Shown here piece by piece: positions 48,101 through 62,600 of a stretch of 64,000 nt of DNA; within the stretch, counting starts at the first letter, position 1, and every line of letters starts with the position of its first letter. The DNA is taken from positions 4,252,760 to 4,316,759 of the forward strand of contig CM082576.2 in assembly GCA_040954595.2 (NCBI GenBank), read 5' to 3'. The position numbers and the translations under genes were made by a program. The notes below the pieces were generated by a model that saw only the letters and a program-made list of their open reading frames with translations, did not search any database and had not been told where the DNA came from. The stretch comes from Balanoglossus misakiensis. Lineage: Eukaryota > Animalia > Hemichordata.

Positions 48101-51100
48101 CTCTGTTACCATGGTTACCCATCCACAACCTTGCCTGCTCCAGAATGTTACTTATAATCACCTGTCTATCAGTAATTATTCGCTCAGCGTAACACAATGT
48201 GAGATGTTTAGGCAAAAGGGTCTGTTTGAAGATGCTGGGCCACTGTGGCTTGTTGTTAATGTTCACAATAGGTTTGAAAGAACTCGAGTAGCGCCATGTG
48301 GGCAGGTGCAACACTTAACTCGTCCATCTTCAGGCTCAGAGAAAAGTGATGACCGTGTTGTCAGATTCTAACCTGTGCCATTCAAACAAACGTCAGTCTC
48401 AACATTGACAGTATAAACTCCGTCAAAGCCTGCCACGTACTACACTCAAGATGTTCGTTTCACGTGTTTCCATAAAAAAGTTTGCAAACTGTTTGTTAAG
48501 TGCTAAATTTGTATAATATCTAATACTCAAGTTGTGGTTTAATTGTAAGGTCTTAAATTCCAATCGTTTATATAAGAAATATTTACAAAATCGTAAAAAA
48601 AATTAAGCTGTGTGTAATCAGACAGTTTAACCTGAGAGACAGATTGGTGCCAAGCACATCTCTGCAAACTTTGGAGAGGATTGTATTGATAGAGGGTGAA
48701 AAAAAGAATAACTGCATTGAACAGTTACACGTCAGTCCATGTCAGAGTTGATACACAAGCAAAGAACCCTATCTTTAACTTGATGTAGTTTTGATGTACT
48801 ACAGGTGTGTTTAGAGTGGGGACAAATATTGTCCTTATATCGGGTGGTTGTCAGAGCCAGAGTGGCAGAAGACAGGAAAGCCGCTTGTGCAATTTGCATG
48901 TTTGCTCTCGACATGGTCCAGTGGCGTGTCAAAAAGCCCCTGTCTAGTGTTTTGTTTGCACACAAAATACCAGAGAGTGGCCATTGCAGAGCTGGGAGTA
49001 TAGCTAAATAGACTTAGGCCGCTAATCGAATCATACAGTCTGGTAAAAAGTCCACAGTCTTCCTTGTTTGTCCCAAAATCGTGGAAGATTAATTATTGAA
49101 ATTTTAACAAAGTTTAAACTTTGAGCTGGGATTTTCGTTTTGTATGTTAAATACAAACTGTTTTGAGAAAACAGGAGCTCTGTCATTTTTTTTACACCCA
49201 CTCCTCGATCTGTAATTTTCTCTGCGGAGTAAAACTGACTTGGAGGTTATAGATGCTTTATAGCCAGAAAGGTTTCATTAGTATAGGTGAAATTGCACAA
49301 TATGAAAAATTTATTTGTATTAAGGTTTGATGGAAAGGATATTAGTTTGATAGGAGAGATTTTTTAATGTTACAGCAGATGACACAGAAGTGTGACTCAC
49401 AAATGGATCAGAGATTAGAAAAGAGCAGAGGAACTCCGGGCTTAACCAGCTGTTTGGTGATTTTTTTGGAGTGGCTTGATTTTTTTTTTTTTTTGGACAA
49501 AGGAAACAAATGCGCATTACAACATCTTAATGCCAAGTTAAACTCATTGAGACACAATGGATGCTGTCATACGGTTCCATGTAGGCCGGTGTATCTCGAC
49601 AATAACACACAGTCCCTCCTTCGCCATCCATCATCTAGTCGACCGAGTCCTTGTCGTGCATGACTGAACTGTACAACAGTGTAACTGACAGATACCAGTG
49701 TTTTTTTAGATTGACGCTCCAAAAAGCTTGGCAGAATACCTCTCAGTCGGTGCCCGGGATTGTTTCTGAAATGCTAGTCCTCTCCATCTGTCCTCCGGGC
49801 CTCGTGTAAAGTCAGAATAAGGCAACTTTGTCAACAAACTCCATAAAAAATGACTTCCCCGATTTAACATGGCTAATATCTGATATATGAGCTTCACGTG
49901 TCACCGGGACGATAAATTACAAACTGGTCAAGTTGGAGCGATTGATTGGCAAATTTCACAGTAGTGTGGGTTTTAGAAGACCCCCGGTGTGCGAAAAAAA
50001 AGCAAATTTCCATGTCAGGTAGCGAGGGCAAATCCTAAACGGCTGATTGTTGTAGGCATGATTGGTGAAGCTGCAACTTCAATCTGCGTGACTGTACGAG
50101 AGATTTATGTATTTTGTCAACTGTACAGTCACCAGCCAGTCACCTGTAAAAGCATGGGTTGCCCAAATCTGAGCTTTTACGGCTCACACTCCTTGTAAGC
50201 CGCGCACCCCCTTTTTTGTCAACTCGGACTGGAAATTAAAGACATCCCCACCCCAATCAATTACAGCTAATCGCCACACATGTCTATTACAAACTTATAC
50301 CTGTAGGGAGCTTTTCAAGAAAATACACAAAGTTGACAATACATACATGTTCATGTGGGAAAAAGCAGACACCCGGTAAATTACTTCATGACGCGTGTGG
50401 TTGATTGAGTATCTTGCAAGGTCAAGTACAAGACAACTGTGTAACACAGTAGCAAGCGAGCTGTTAATTGACGTACGCCTGGCCTAGTTGCTTTTTGTGG
50501 CATGTTCTTTGACGTCCATTGTTGTACACCTTTTGGCAAAAACAGTCAAGTAGACTGGTGATACATGTACGTCATTTTTTTCAGTTTTCATGAGTGGTTT
50601 TGATCAATACCTTCTCACAGAAAATAGATCATAATGCTTTGCATTGTTGCTCAGTTCTTTCATTGTTACCTTTCTTGCAAAATTCTGGGGGGAAATGTGT
50701 TAAAAAGGGCGTTTTTGTGATTTTAATTTATCTAGACACATGTTATGGCATGGCTGCTGTATTGAAACAGCCACAGAGGCTTAGTAGTAATCTATAAAAC
50801 ATTAATTATGGAATGTTTGACCAAAAAAATCCAATGTATCACCATCTTGTCTAGTGAAAGAAAATAATTCTTCTTTGCCTGTGTGTAGTTTTGCCCTTAT
50901 GGGGTTATAACCACCCCTGTGCAATGAAATGTTCACTTCAACATTCCCATGGATAATAATAAGTTGTAAAGTGAAAATTAAGGAAGGTTTCAGAATCGAC
51001 TGACACTGATACCAGTGATTAGAAACAGCATGCAGCATGATATGGTATTGTCAGCCTGGTAGAGACAACTCCATGAGTGAGCTGTATACAGCTGCAGTTT

Positions 51101-53932
51101 TAGGGCTTTACCATGAAAACTTGTGATGTACATTGCGTGGATCAACTTGTCTGGATGTATTAAATAGTTAGAACTATTTCCCCGGCAAGAATTCAAACGT
51201 GGGTGATGGAATCCGGGAAGTATTGGAGTAGAAGGGACATGGCAGAGGGTGGTTCCTTTTTTGGGGGAAAAAGTAGCCGGCAAGAAAATTAAAGTAGCCA
51301 GTTGTGTTTTGACCGCTACTGATTCTTATCTTCACCCCACGTCTGGTTGTTTCGTGATGCTAGTAATTTATTATCAAAGATATGGGAAATCAAAGATTAC
51401 ATAAATCATATATTGAGACCTGTGAATTTGATCAGCAGCTAGAACATACGTGAGACTGTAGAGATTCTGCAAGTCTGGGTATTTTTTTGCGACTGGTTGC
51501 TGCATTGATAAAGCCGATTTTTCACAAAAATTATTGTGTTGTGTTTATTGTGTTGCAATATTCCTGGCAACCTACTACTTTATTATGACAGGAAAATCTG
51601 TGCGGAGCTACAACACCTGAGCACAATGCAGAAGAAAAGTTTCATTCAAAATACAAGTGCCCCTTTGTTTGACATTTAATGTTGGTACATGATCTGTGAC
51701 CCTGTATACTTACTCGCATGTTGTTTTCTTTCTTTCTCTTCTTAATCACCAGCATTATTGCAATCCGTAAAGAAAAATCCCGAGATGCAGCTCGCTCCAG
51801 ACGGGGCAAGGAAAACTATGAATTCTACGAGTTGGCCAAGATGCTTCCTTTACCTGGTGCCATCACCAGCCAGCTGGACAAGGCTTCCATCATCAGGCTC
51901 ACCATCAGCTACCTTCGGATGCGAGATTTTGCAACGCAAGGCGATCCGCCATGGAACGTCATCCGAGAAATCCCACCTAATACATCAGTACTGCAAAAAG
52001 GTACATTGCACTTTTACATTTTCATGTTTTTGTCATTTCATCCAAATGAAACTGACTTGGCCACTTTTTCGCTTTTTTACCTACAGGCTACCTGTATAAA
52101 TATTTTAGAAAAATTATTTAAGGTTTTGAATAACTATAAAAACTCAACTTTCAATTGGACATATGTCTTTCTATATTTATAATATATGTGGAACATAATG
52201 AAAGTGTGATGTTTCACTGTAATCTTTCCCCCAAACAATAAAGTTTACGCTGCGGATAGCTTTAGTCAGAAATCTCACTACAAGATTTCCGGGGAACCAA
52301 ATTATGGACAGGTGGCTCAGGAAGAAGTTCTGTAAATGTCATTGTCTTCATTGAGATCGGCACGCTCAAATATTAGTTTATACTCAGTTTATGATTTATG
52401 GACTAATAAAAACAGAGACAGGTGGTCTGTTGTTCAGAAATGGGTCAGTTTGTAATTTTTTTACTCACTGAGATATAAAAAACTCCGCAGAAAATGAAGA
52501 AAGTAGGTGACATACAAATATTGTTAAAAAATTATCCAGGTATGCATGGTTATGTATATTCTGTGCAAAATTGATGATCTTCAAATATATTCCTTACTAT
52601 GGTTAAGAAATTGATTTTTTACTTTGTACATCTGAGATGATTTTAATTGTGTTAACAAAGATATGTCAGTCTGTTGTATGAAGAAAAATCAGATTTCAAT
52701 TCAGTAAAACATCTTCAGTGAGGTATATAGTTTTACATTTTATGGAAATACAAAGCAGACATCTGATACCAATGGTGTTATTTTTATATTAATACTTATC
52801 AGGATCAAAAAATGAGCCCATACTGGAGTTGATATCATTTTCATTTCTGTACACTGAAACTATGCACATCCACTGTTCAGTAGAGAAAAAAACACGTCAC
52901 AGCCACGCATCAAAGATTTTCCTCTTCAACTCAGCATCCAATTTATTTCATTGACAAATATAAATAACAAATTTGTGGCCACCAAATGTTCCTTTAACGG
53001 CATCCTTTGCAGATTCACACGGCTAATGCAATACTGTAATGGATAAATCTTTCAAGAGGGCAGCCACTGTGTGTGTCACATTTAATTTTTCATTACATAG
53101 TTCCATATTGACACAGATGACATGCCAGGGCACACGATTTACGGCTTGCTCACAGAGACGGACTACATGAATATATTAATTACCGCGTATCTGTTAATGT
53201 AAAGGGAGAGAAAAAATTGGAAAATATGTGTCTATTCAGGGCAAGCCATGCATAACAAATTGATTTGCGTATCAGTGGAAGGGCGGTTAAGTTGCGCTGA
53301 TCATCCGCTAACCCCAAGACCTGGGCTGTGAAACCTGGCATGGCTCTACAACATCCAACACTAATGAGTGTGTATTTCTGAGGTTAAGCCCTGGGCCCAT
53401 TCCACAGAGAAAATCATTTCCGCTCTAGACTTGTACGGGCACAACCGTATATATATATATACGCTTTTATTGACTAACCCATGAAAACTCAATATAGTCG
53501 GCAGGCAAATGCGCATTGTGTCGGCATTGCCCCTGCCCTGTTAGTGCAATGCCGTTGACTATTAACCTAACGTACTCCAACATGATAAACGCCAATAGAC
53601 TGTAAAATGAAGGCTAGAAAGGAAATCAAAAGTACAAGTTTTTCTCTATTTAGGCAAACACAACATTAGCCAAGCTTCAGCTAGTCTCATGGACTCTGCA
53701 TCAGCTTTCCAGCCCACTCGGCTGTGAAGGCAATAAACCGTACTATCACAGAAATGCTTCTAGAGGAAGAATTTAACAAAAACGACACTCAATAAAACCA
53801 ATGGGTTACACATTTCTTTCATTTTTTTTCTTTCTTTTTTGATTTCCAGATTTTAAGATGCCGAGACGACGGAGTGCCAGCGTCATAGCAACAGAGGTTT
53901 TTGAGCATCACCTTGGTAGTCATTTGTTGCAG
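45090..53932 (+). CDS. NPAS3: NPAS1/NPAS3/trachealess-family bHLH-PAS transcription factor, 5' partial gene: join(45090..45136,51753..52000,53850..53932); continues beyond the window
   Basis: The spliced translation is open through GT-AG junctions of phase 2, 1 and 0: [162 protein letters not shown] and GDPPW are diagnostic of the NPAS1/3-Trh clade rather than SIM or HIF-alpha. Confidence 0.93.
46418..46510. mobile_element. Small TTAA-flanked MITE (piggyBac-like ends), in NPAS1/3 intron 1
   Basis: TTAA-CCCTATCAACTCCAT...ATGGGGGTGAAAGGA-TTAA: imperfect 15-bp terminal inverted repeat (11/15 matches), 85-bp body, TTAA on both sides. Confidence 0.6.
47270..47582 (+). promoter_or_regulatory. Putative promoter/enhancer upstream of exon 1b
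   Basis: GC-richer than its flanks, with a GC box CCGCCC (~47466), overlapping TGATNNAT sites in the near-palindrome aattgatgaatcaatt (47294-47309) and TGACAG at 47341. Confidence 0.4.
47583..47695 (+). CDS. NPAS3: Candidate alternative first coding exon 1b of the NPAS1/3 gene ([37 protein letters not shown])
   Basis: aagATG with in-frame TAA upstream (47556-58), 37 open GC-rich codons, then donor TG|GTAATA (47696) followed by an abrupt switch to T-rich intron-like sequence. Phase 2 gives ...[12 protein letters not shown]. Confidence 0.6.
51753..52000 (+). CDS. NPAS3: bHLH-domain exon of the NPAS1/3 (trachealess) gene
   Basis: Polypyrimidine tract ttgttttctttctttctcttcttaatcaccAG (AG 51751-52) and donor AAG|GTACAT at 52001. 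The 248-nt exon encodes the complete bHLH. ORF 51718..52182 in the track overruns both splice sites. Confidence 0.96.
53850..53932 (+). CDS. NPAS3: Linker / start-of-PAS-A exon of the NPAS1/3 gene (83 nt)
   Basis: Acceptor tttttttctttcttttttgatttccAG (53848-49) and donor CAG|GTGAGG (53933). It encodes (D)[27 protein letters not shown], closely matching the NPAS3-type RRRSPS...EVFE.HLGSHILQ segment, and is in phase with the bHLH exon. Confidence 0.93.
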
Positions 53933-56900
53933 GTGAGGTTTGGGTCTTTTACCCAAGTCGTTTTTTCTTGCTCCTCCATTATTCAAGGAGAATGTTTGAG
54001 TGTATCTTTTTAACTCTGCAACTTCACTTGTAAAGTGACCTAAATGTTTTAAGAATCTCTACGTACAACATGTGGTCACTTTTTGATTTTTCTGTACAAA
54101 TTGCCTCTGATTTCCAACAACATACGGAAATGAACACTCGTTGAACAAGGCGGACTGAATGGAGCATACACATTTCCAATAAACGGAGAGAATTCCAAGT
54201 GTAATTAAAAAGAACGTCCATGGAGAAGGAATTTCCGGCGCACACACGGAAGAAAACCCTTGCCCCTACCACATTCACTTCTCCATTCATGCCACAGTGG
54301 GCCGTACACATAATCAGGTGAAAATATCTGACAGAAATAGGACTTGACAATTGCAACGTTTTCATTTCCACTCAGCCATAAAAACAGGTTTGGAAACCTG
54401 CAAATACAAATGAAAGATTAAAATGTAATTTTGGACGATGGCATGTTTCTCCCCAGCACATGCAGCTTGCATTGCGCGCTCGGTATACGCCACTTGACAC
54501 TCAAGTGGCCCAATTAACGATCTTGTTTCCGTCGGTGTAATTGAATTCACTGACGCAAAAATTGAAAGCTACCTGTTAGACTCAAACAAAGAGAAAGCAG
54601 ACAGACATTTTCTACCCCTCCCCCCTCTCTCTGTGCTTTGATGGAGCCAGCTAGGAAAATTTTTTAGCAGGTGGCAGTTTGAAGGTGCTGAGTTCACATG
54701 TACCATATTTAGCTGCCGGGTTGACCCCATCAAAACATGCCAAATGATTACAGTGGCAACTTGATTTCTGAAATGAAAGAAAACCAGTCACACAGCCTGA
54801 ACTTCTTGTAACGTTTTCAAAGTCTACCCAATGTTTCGCCTGTCTGCACAAATTACCATCCCCTTGTCAAAAAATAAAGTTCTGAAGTCATCAAAGTCAT
54901 TCCTGTTACCATAGTTACTGCTTAGGTCTACCAGCATCTTTGCCACTTAATTCAAGCTCGTAAACATGGACTTGACAGGCAATCCTTGCTTGCAGCAAAA
55001 CGTAATTTTCGGAAGTCATTTCACAGAAAAAAATCTGCCGGAGAAAGCAATTACTATCAAATACCCATAACTCATACATAAGGCAGAAGAGTTCTATAAA
55101 GTTTTATAGATCTTAAATTCCAAGAATTGGCCTTGAGACAATAAGTTCATTGTACTTTCACATTTTCACTTGAATTTTACGTATCAATTGAGCAAATTTT
55201 CAAATTAGCAAAAATTGCCATGATGTTAAAATCCAATAATAAGCCACACTCATTTATTTATTCACAAATAGAAAGTTTATTGCAGCCAAAGTTTTGCAGA
55301 TCTGTACCATAAATTTCATGTTTTGAGGGTAAAACAGCAGCAAAAATGATGATAATAATGATGATAACATAACTTGTCGGTCACATTTTGTAAAATAGTT
55401 CTGTCAGTGGCAAAAGCATCTAAATAATGCATTCCAAATTCCCTTTGACCTCTCATAGTCTAAAATCTAAGGTGTCGCACACAAGAACATATTTGTCAAG
55501 AAATGAAAACAGAAAACGACACACACAGAAGGTCAAGATTTCACGGGAGATGAGGCAGAGATGTGATGTATGTCAAGCTGCCAGCTATTAAAATATATCA
55601 CTGTAAAGCACGTCCAAATGATGAATGGAAGTGCGATATTGGCCAAGTTGATTCCCTCTTTGGCAAGTTAGAATGCAGCAAACCTGATGAAGATACTGTT
55701 TTACAAGTCAAATTGATTTACGACGACAGGGTTTCAGTGTTTGTGATCATACAATCTGCATGATTATTCAACTCCGGGGGTAGATTTTGCATTTGGGGAA
55801 AAGAACGATTTAATACACAGATCAGGATGGGAAATTGTGAAATAAAAGAGCAAATTTTTTTTTTAGTTTTATTCTGATAAGGCAGGGGATTGGTTTGTTC
55901 CTGTGGTACGATAACGAAGGATATGGCTTCATCACAGACGATATCAATATTCATACTTTTGGAGAAAACACACGAGACCTGTAGGCTATGTCTGACATTA
56001 AAATGATGACAGAAACGATGCTCTTACTCAATAAAGCAGGTGGCAGTCCTGGGGTTGTTTTTCAGATTAAAAGCCATTTCCCGGAAAAATTATAAACATC
56101 TTGCAGGAAATTCCAGTAAATATTTTGTATATGTCATTTTCAGTGAACAAGATTAAATCTACCTGCAGAGTTGAAACATCTTTTTAGGTTATAAAAATTT
56201 ACAGATGTTTGTAACAAGAAATCTTATGAAATCTGACCGGATAAAGTTAAAACTGACAAATGAATTTCTTTTTTTAAATACAATATTGACAAAATGGAAG
56301 GAAATTCCTGTACATGACAATGGGAAAGACTTGGTATTCTCTATATGCAGAAGGAGTACATTAAAACTATTAGCAGATTCTTGTTGAAAACTTGAAAGAA
56401 AAACTGTGTTAAAACTTTGCGAGTTGCAACGAATATTGATAAGCCCAGCCTAACCTGAATATACTTGAGCTGATCAAGGGAAGAAAAATGGTTTGATCCA
56501 GTGATTGCCCTGACTGTGTTATCTAAACTATGACAAATGAGCACTGAGCAAGCTGTTCTCTGATGTTTATTCAAAAATAATAAAGGTTTACGTTCGGGAA
56601 AATGTGAGTTGAGTCCTTATCTTTACATGCAATCCAAGTGAAGAAGAACCCTTCGCGGAAGTTTATCGTGATCAATATGGACAAAAATGAGAGCTGGCAA
56701 TGCTCGCCCAGGAGTTCAAATGGAGAATGCACCTGTTCTTTGTACCAGTGTATGCCAAGAGAATGTACATGCATTTCCCACTGTCTCAGAATTTCAATTT
56801 TAATTTTAATTTTGTTAAATCTAAATTAATTTTCTCTGCCTGCTGAGCAGTATAAATTAAATCACTTTTGTTTCTTTTTTATGATTTATTGACATTTTAA

Positions 56901-59288
56901 TGTGTATGGCAATACATTTTTTGCTCTGATGTAGAATATTTTTTTTATTATTTTGTTTCGTATAATTTCATATGATTTATGAAGAGAGCAAGAGTTCAAA
57001 TTAACACGAAAATTATCCATTTTGGCAGAGATGTTTTGTATAAATATTGGCATCACAAGTACATACTCCATCACGTTAGGGCAGAAATCAAGCCACGAGT
57101 TTTACACTGACACCTGTTCTTGTCCGATCGAAGACAGTGGATGATGTCAATTGGTATTTTCCGCGTTTCCGTAGCACTTGGCCTCAAAGTTAAAACTTTT
57201 AACCTTTGCAAGGCACGGGAGAATAAGGGCTGAAGAGACAGGCACAGTAATCAGGGGATATATGCTGTCGGGAGAAGCCTGGCCAAAATCGTAAAAGTTT
57301 TTGATCCAATAAGCATTATCATTAAGGTCTACGTTGATGATTACTACTTTAAGCAAATGATGCAATTGGAAGTCAATGAACATTGTCTTATAAGATTACG
57401 GATGATGCACACACTTGTTGTGCGGGAGATAAAATGGGCACCATGAGAGGCAGATGAATCGATGATATTTGGGTCTGACATTAAGCACTGACTGCAGTTG
57501 AGTAGCGTGATGACTCCTTGGAGATACCGCCTTATCTGTTTTGCAGTTCGTGTCATTATCTTGCTCTGTTGGTGTTTTGATGACATGACTTATGTATGAG
57601 CTCGCCTCCCGCCGTAGCAACCCCCACAGGACCCCGTCGAAAATTGGCGGAGAAGAGCCCCAATTTTGGACAACTGCATGTTTGGAGTTTAACAGCAAAC
57701 AGCTCCAAAATTGCCTGGTCTCCTAAGAGATATTAAACTGCCGCGTGTCTCCTGTAGAATACTTAACAACTTAATGAAAGTGGGGGGAAAAATGGTCAGT
57801 AGACAGTGACCGGTCAGACGATAGCAGACCTCTCAGTCTGATATGAAAACTTCATGACAGATAAATTAATTTTGAAGGAAGTGAGAATGCAAAAAATAAC
57901 CATATCTATTTAAATTTTAATTTTGTCTTCTCATTTTTACTAATAATTGGAATCATGGAAATTTAGGTTGTTCCTTAAAATCATTTTCATTCATGCGATA
58001 AATTTTGCTTGAGAATTTAGGAAGTATGAAAAATGAGTGGGGCAGAGACACAGTATGTGTCCTCTGGCAGACCCTGAAATGAAAGCAGGAGACAATGCTA
58101 CAGCTGCTAAATGCGGAGGTCTGAGTGTTCAAAATAATTACATCAGAAACCAAGATAAATTAACATTTAGCAACAACGAAAAAAGGTCTGAAAAAGAGGA
58201 AAACGAAAAAAGTGAGATGTCTTCATTTGCAGTCGGCACCTGAGTGCACATCAGGACAGCGTAGAGAGACCTCTGAAGTGAAGGATGTAAGTTTTAATCA
58301 CATGGGAACTCGGGTTTTAAAACAAGTCAAAACGACACCTGAAACAAGTCAAATACATGGCAGTAATAGTCACACCTGACATAGGTGTAAATGTGAGCTG
58401 AAGTCTCGTTCCGGGCATAAAAAACGGTGACAAATGGCATCAAAAACGAGAGAAAAAAACAGAAGTTTTAGTCATACAGTGCCAACACTTGCTTCAGAAA
58501 AACTGATATCAAACGCAGCCTGCCCTGTAACGTGTCGGTAAAACGATATTTTATCCGCGATGTCGCATTTATTTGCGAGACACCGGATAATGATTAGGTG
58601 GACAAATCTCATCGTGTACACTTGATCATTGCTGAGTTTACCGGGCTGTACTTGTAGCTGGATCAGCTAGCTTTGCCAGTGATGACACCGGCTGACCAAA
58701 TGGGCCGGAGATCTGCATCAGGAGAAAATTGGCCATAATTCGGCGCGAGATAACACCCCGCCATCAGATCGAGAGATGCGTGCCATTGAAGTCAACAGGG
58801 TACAATTTTCAACTGTGAGGTGTACTTCACGTCTCCGTGATCATGCACTGCTCTGCTATTTGGGGGATAGTCCAACTTTAAATCTTAACGTGTGCTAGCA
58901 GCAGTAAAACATAAACAGTGGCCGTATGCATCTGTAAACTAAAATAGTAAAAGCTGTGTGAGTCCATTCACGTCAGAATACTACAGGATTTTGGACTTAC
59001 AGGAATAACTCGATTAAAGCTGCAACCATGAATAACATGCAGAATTCTTTATAATTCAAACTTTTACCGGAGACGTACTTCAGGCAGAATCAACCCCGAA
59101 GCAGTTGGTTACAGCAATTAAGAGAGCTAACATAACAATTAGTTTAAACAAATGTTTGATGAAAAATACTTAGATATTAAATTACTATTTCATTGATGTA
59201 CTGAATCAAAGCCTGAAGTCCCAGCTTAATGTTTTTTCAGCCAAATTCTAAATTCTTTTGCAAGCTGGAACAAGAGGTAGCTAATGCA

Positions 59289-59340
59289 ACATACATGTAT
59301 GTACACGTGCATGCATGTATGTATGTGTGTGTGTATGTAT
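59289..59340. repeat. 52-nt perfectly alternating purine-pyrimidine tract ((TGTA)n/(TG)n)
   Basis: acatacatgtatgtacacgtgcatgcatgtatgtatgtgtgtgtgtatgtat. Confidence 0.9.
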
Positions 59341-59656
59341 TAGACACCGCACTTCGATCTACATCATTCTATAAACTTGAGTGACATACAAAGATGAGAC
59401 ACGGCTGACTGGTTTGATCAGTTGCGATGGCGGGATGCCTGCAGTCAAATTGATTCTGAATTAGCTGGCTCTGTGTACAATGTGGAGTCTAGGTGATATG
59501 AAAGGTGTTAATTGAGATAGCTACCGCTTCCAGTCATGTTAGATGCCCTGCCATCCCCGGACAGCCTTGTGTTTGGCTACTAATTAGCCACTTAGAGATT
59601 TCCTAGAGGTCTCTCCTCCGCAGAATTTTTTAACGCTGTCAGTATATCTACATGCA

Positions 59657-59672
59657 CCCCCCCCCCCCCCCC
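59657..59672 (+). repeat. poly(C)16 tract
   Basis: Seen directly. Confidence 0.95.
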
Positions 59673-62600
59673 TCCTCTCCTGAAAAACCAAGAGAACCCT
59701 GTACGATATGCAGACCGCCCCGGGATATCGAGAGTTAGTGACATCACTTGACTTGTGTATTCGAGCAGAATTCAATATATCATTACTGCCTCGGCCCCCA
59801 AAGTCGTCTAGCTAACAGATAAGTATTGCTGATCTTGCAACAGCCAGAAGAGAAGACGAGGGGGAAAAATGATGGATTTCCAAAAGCCCACGGATGAATT
59901 TGTCGCCGGAAATCCTTGCAGATGCTTTTTGTTTTGTGGCCAAAAAAAAAAATTAGGGAGGTGAGATAGAGCAGTGTGATAATGACAAGTAATATAACAC
60001 AAATTTCTGTGTTTTTACAGTTAAGTTTGAGAGTTTGAAAGTGTTGTTCAACAGGCAGTCACAGTGCACAGTTATTTCTGGCCAGCAGTTGTCACAGATA
60101 TGACATAGCCACCTGTGTGAATCTGATCACCAAGTCATTTGAAATGAAAACATGAAGCGCAAATTCATTTTTCTTCTTGTAATGTACTGTTGGTCTGATG
60201 TGAGTTTTACATTTTTACCATTCAAATAAAACTGCAGACTGCACATCATGAAGATCGAATAACTTGTTTTTAGTTCAGTTGTTTTTTTCTGTTTAATATT
60301 TTCATCAGATCATCTTTCTCTTATTGTCCACTTTCTCTTGAGTCAATTTTCGTTAACTTCTGAGTTGCCAACCATCACTAGAAAACACAACACACAGCTT
60401 ACATTTCTGTTCAAAGTACAAGTCTCCAATCACCACACTCTGCTTTCAAAAATATGATGAAACTGCAAATATTACAGAAGAAATAATACCATTGCACAAG
60501 TAACGGTACAATTGTCTCTCCCACAGTGAAGAAAAGACTTTTTCTTTCATCATTGTGAAGTTCCAATCTATATCAATTCTTTGTGACGACTGATGCGTGG
60601 ATTAGTGTATCTCATTAGCATATATGAACTAATACGTCTGGTGAAATGTCGATTAAAATGATCTAGTGAATTGCTCTAATGTGGCACCTTGAATCGTGTC
60701 TGGAATTTCTTAGATTCAAAATTAATTCTGACCAAAAAATCATCCCCTTTTTTGAAGACTGCTATCTAGTGATGTTTTGAACTTTGTCTTATAGTCTGGC
60801 TTGAATACCCTCCATATCATGTTTTATATACCGATTAGAGTAGACCAAATTTATTAGGAAATTAGTTTTTCCATGTGTTCACTGTAATTATACAATATAA
60901 TGTAGAAAATGAAGCAGTTTCGACAATTTTAAGAATGGATGTACTGGTATACTCAGAATATTTCTCTTACCACAATTATTCAATTTGAAAATTGTTATTC
61001 AAAGTGTGAAGGACAAAAATATTAGAGGCCGATCTTGCAACTGATCTTGCAATAGGAATCAATTAATCAAGTATTTCAACAGAATTATCTTGTCATATCT
61101 TTTCAACTAACAAAATGCTTGCACAGAGATGTTTTGTTGTCGTTTCATGAGCGTCAGTTTTAAGCTGAGGAGAGAGACAGTTGATCTGATGATTTGTGTT
61201 TCCGGTGGAAAATGAATGCACCAATCATGGGATAAAACATTTCCATGTCTGCATACAAAACTTCATGCAATATTTAGCGAATAACCAACGTGTACATATT
61301 GCATGGGTTCTGCTCTAAAATTGCTATCAGCCAGCATCAAAAATAAATATTAGAGGAGCATGTGGCGTATAGGTCAGTAATTTCAGGCCATGCGTACCAG
61401 ATCGGCGGAGACACACTGTCCTGACACTGTAAATTCATACGGCTGCATGGTTGACTTCCCAGAATGCTTTGCCAGCCTTGCACCTTTCATGTCACATTTG
61501 AATTAGGAAAATGAAATAGTTAAAGGTTGAAAAAGATACATTTTTTTTATCAGGTTTGGTTGGTTCGTTTTAGTCTTGTGTTTACTATGATTTTGACTAT
61601 TAACTGTTACAAGAAGTGAAATAATTTTAGACAGAAAAGTTCTTACGTGATATTGTACCATTTTATCTTCTGTACATCTCCTTTTATCAAAACCATTGTG
61701 ACATTTCTTGAGCCTGCCTCTGTAAACTGAAGAAGATTGGAGGAAGGTGTGATGGAGACAGTAATCTTGAAAAACAACAACTTGCCATCGTCTGATTCAC
61801 TATTTTTATTGCTCTGAATCAGAATTTGAAACCGTGAATAAGCCCCCCATAAGAGTCACAGATGATTCAATCCAAAAGATCCATTTTAATCAAGTGACTT
61901 TGAATCGTGTGGCTACAAACACCCACTCTATATCCTGTGTGCGCCATCAGAAATTCCTGGCTGGAGTTGTTGTGTGTCAGAGTGACGAAAAACCATCACT
62001 TCCCTTGGAGCAGCATCTTCTCCTGAATGACACAAACCCGTGTGATCGAATCACTAAATTTCAAATCAAAGGGATCACTTGCATGTATTAACAGCACAAC
62101 CCAAAGTGCTCGGACAAATTGACCGCATTCTCATTCACCGACGGTTCTTTTCACTCAACCAGATTTGGGGGAACTGCCAAGTTCTCGTGGAACGTGTCTT
62201 TAAGCTTGTCCCGGAAGCATCCTCTTTCACTGACTTTTCTCCAGTGATGGGTTATGACTAATAGAATATGTGGAGTGTGAGAATAAATCCAGTTTCTGTT
62301 TAAAAGGAGGGGGGGGGATTTAGTTTTCAGATTCAGTTCACTGCACAAACTAAGTCTCTAAATTACAAGTGCATTCCCTATTTGCGAAAAACAATCACAT
62401 TTACAATGGGTAATGGCGAATTGCGACCATCCATCAATTTCTAAAAGAGGAAAAAGTGCGAAAACGTAATGAAACAGTCATTTTAACACAAAGTGCAAAC
62501 AAACTATATGTTGACTGCTCTTTGGGTCTGATGTGATGGCCACTTTCAAGTCTTAATGTTGGTTTACCTCACAGAGAGGCACAGAATCTTGATTCTCTGT

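Noticed and set aside
51718-52182. Track ORF of 154 aa taken as a complete protein, and the overlapping 113-aa ORF 51758..52099
   Set aside because: The hydrophobic ends are intron sequence read through splice sites. The overlapping ORF is a shadow frame of the bHLH exon.
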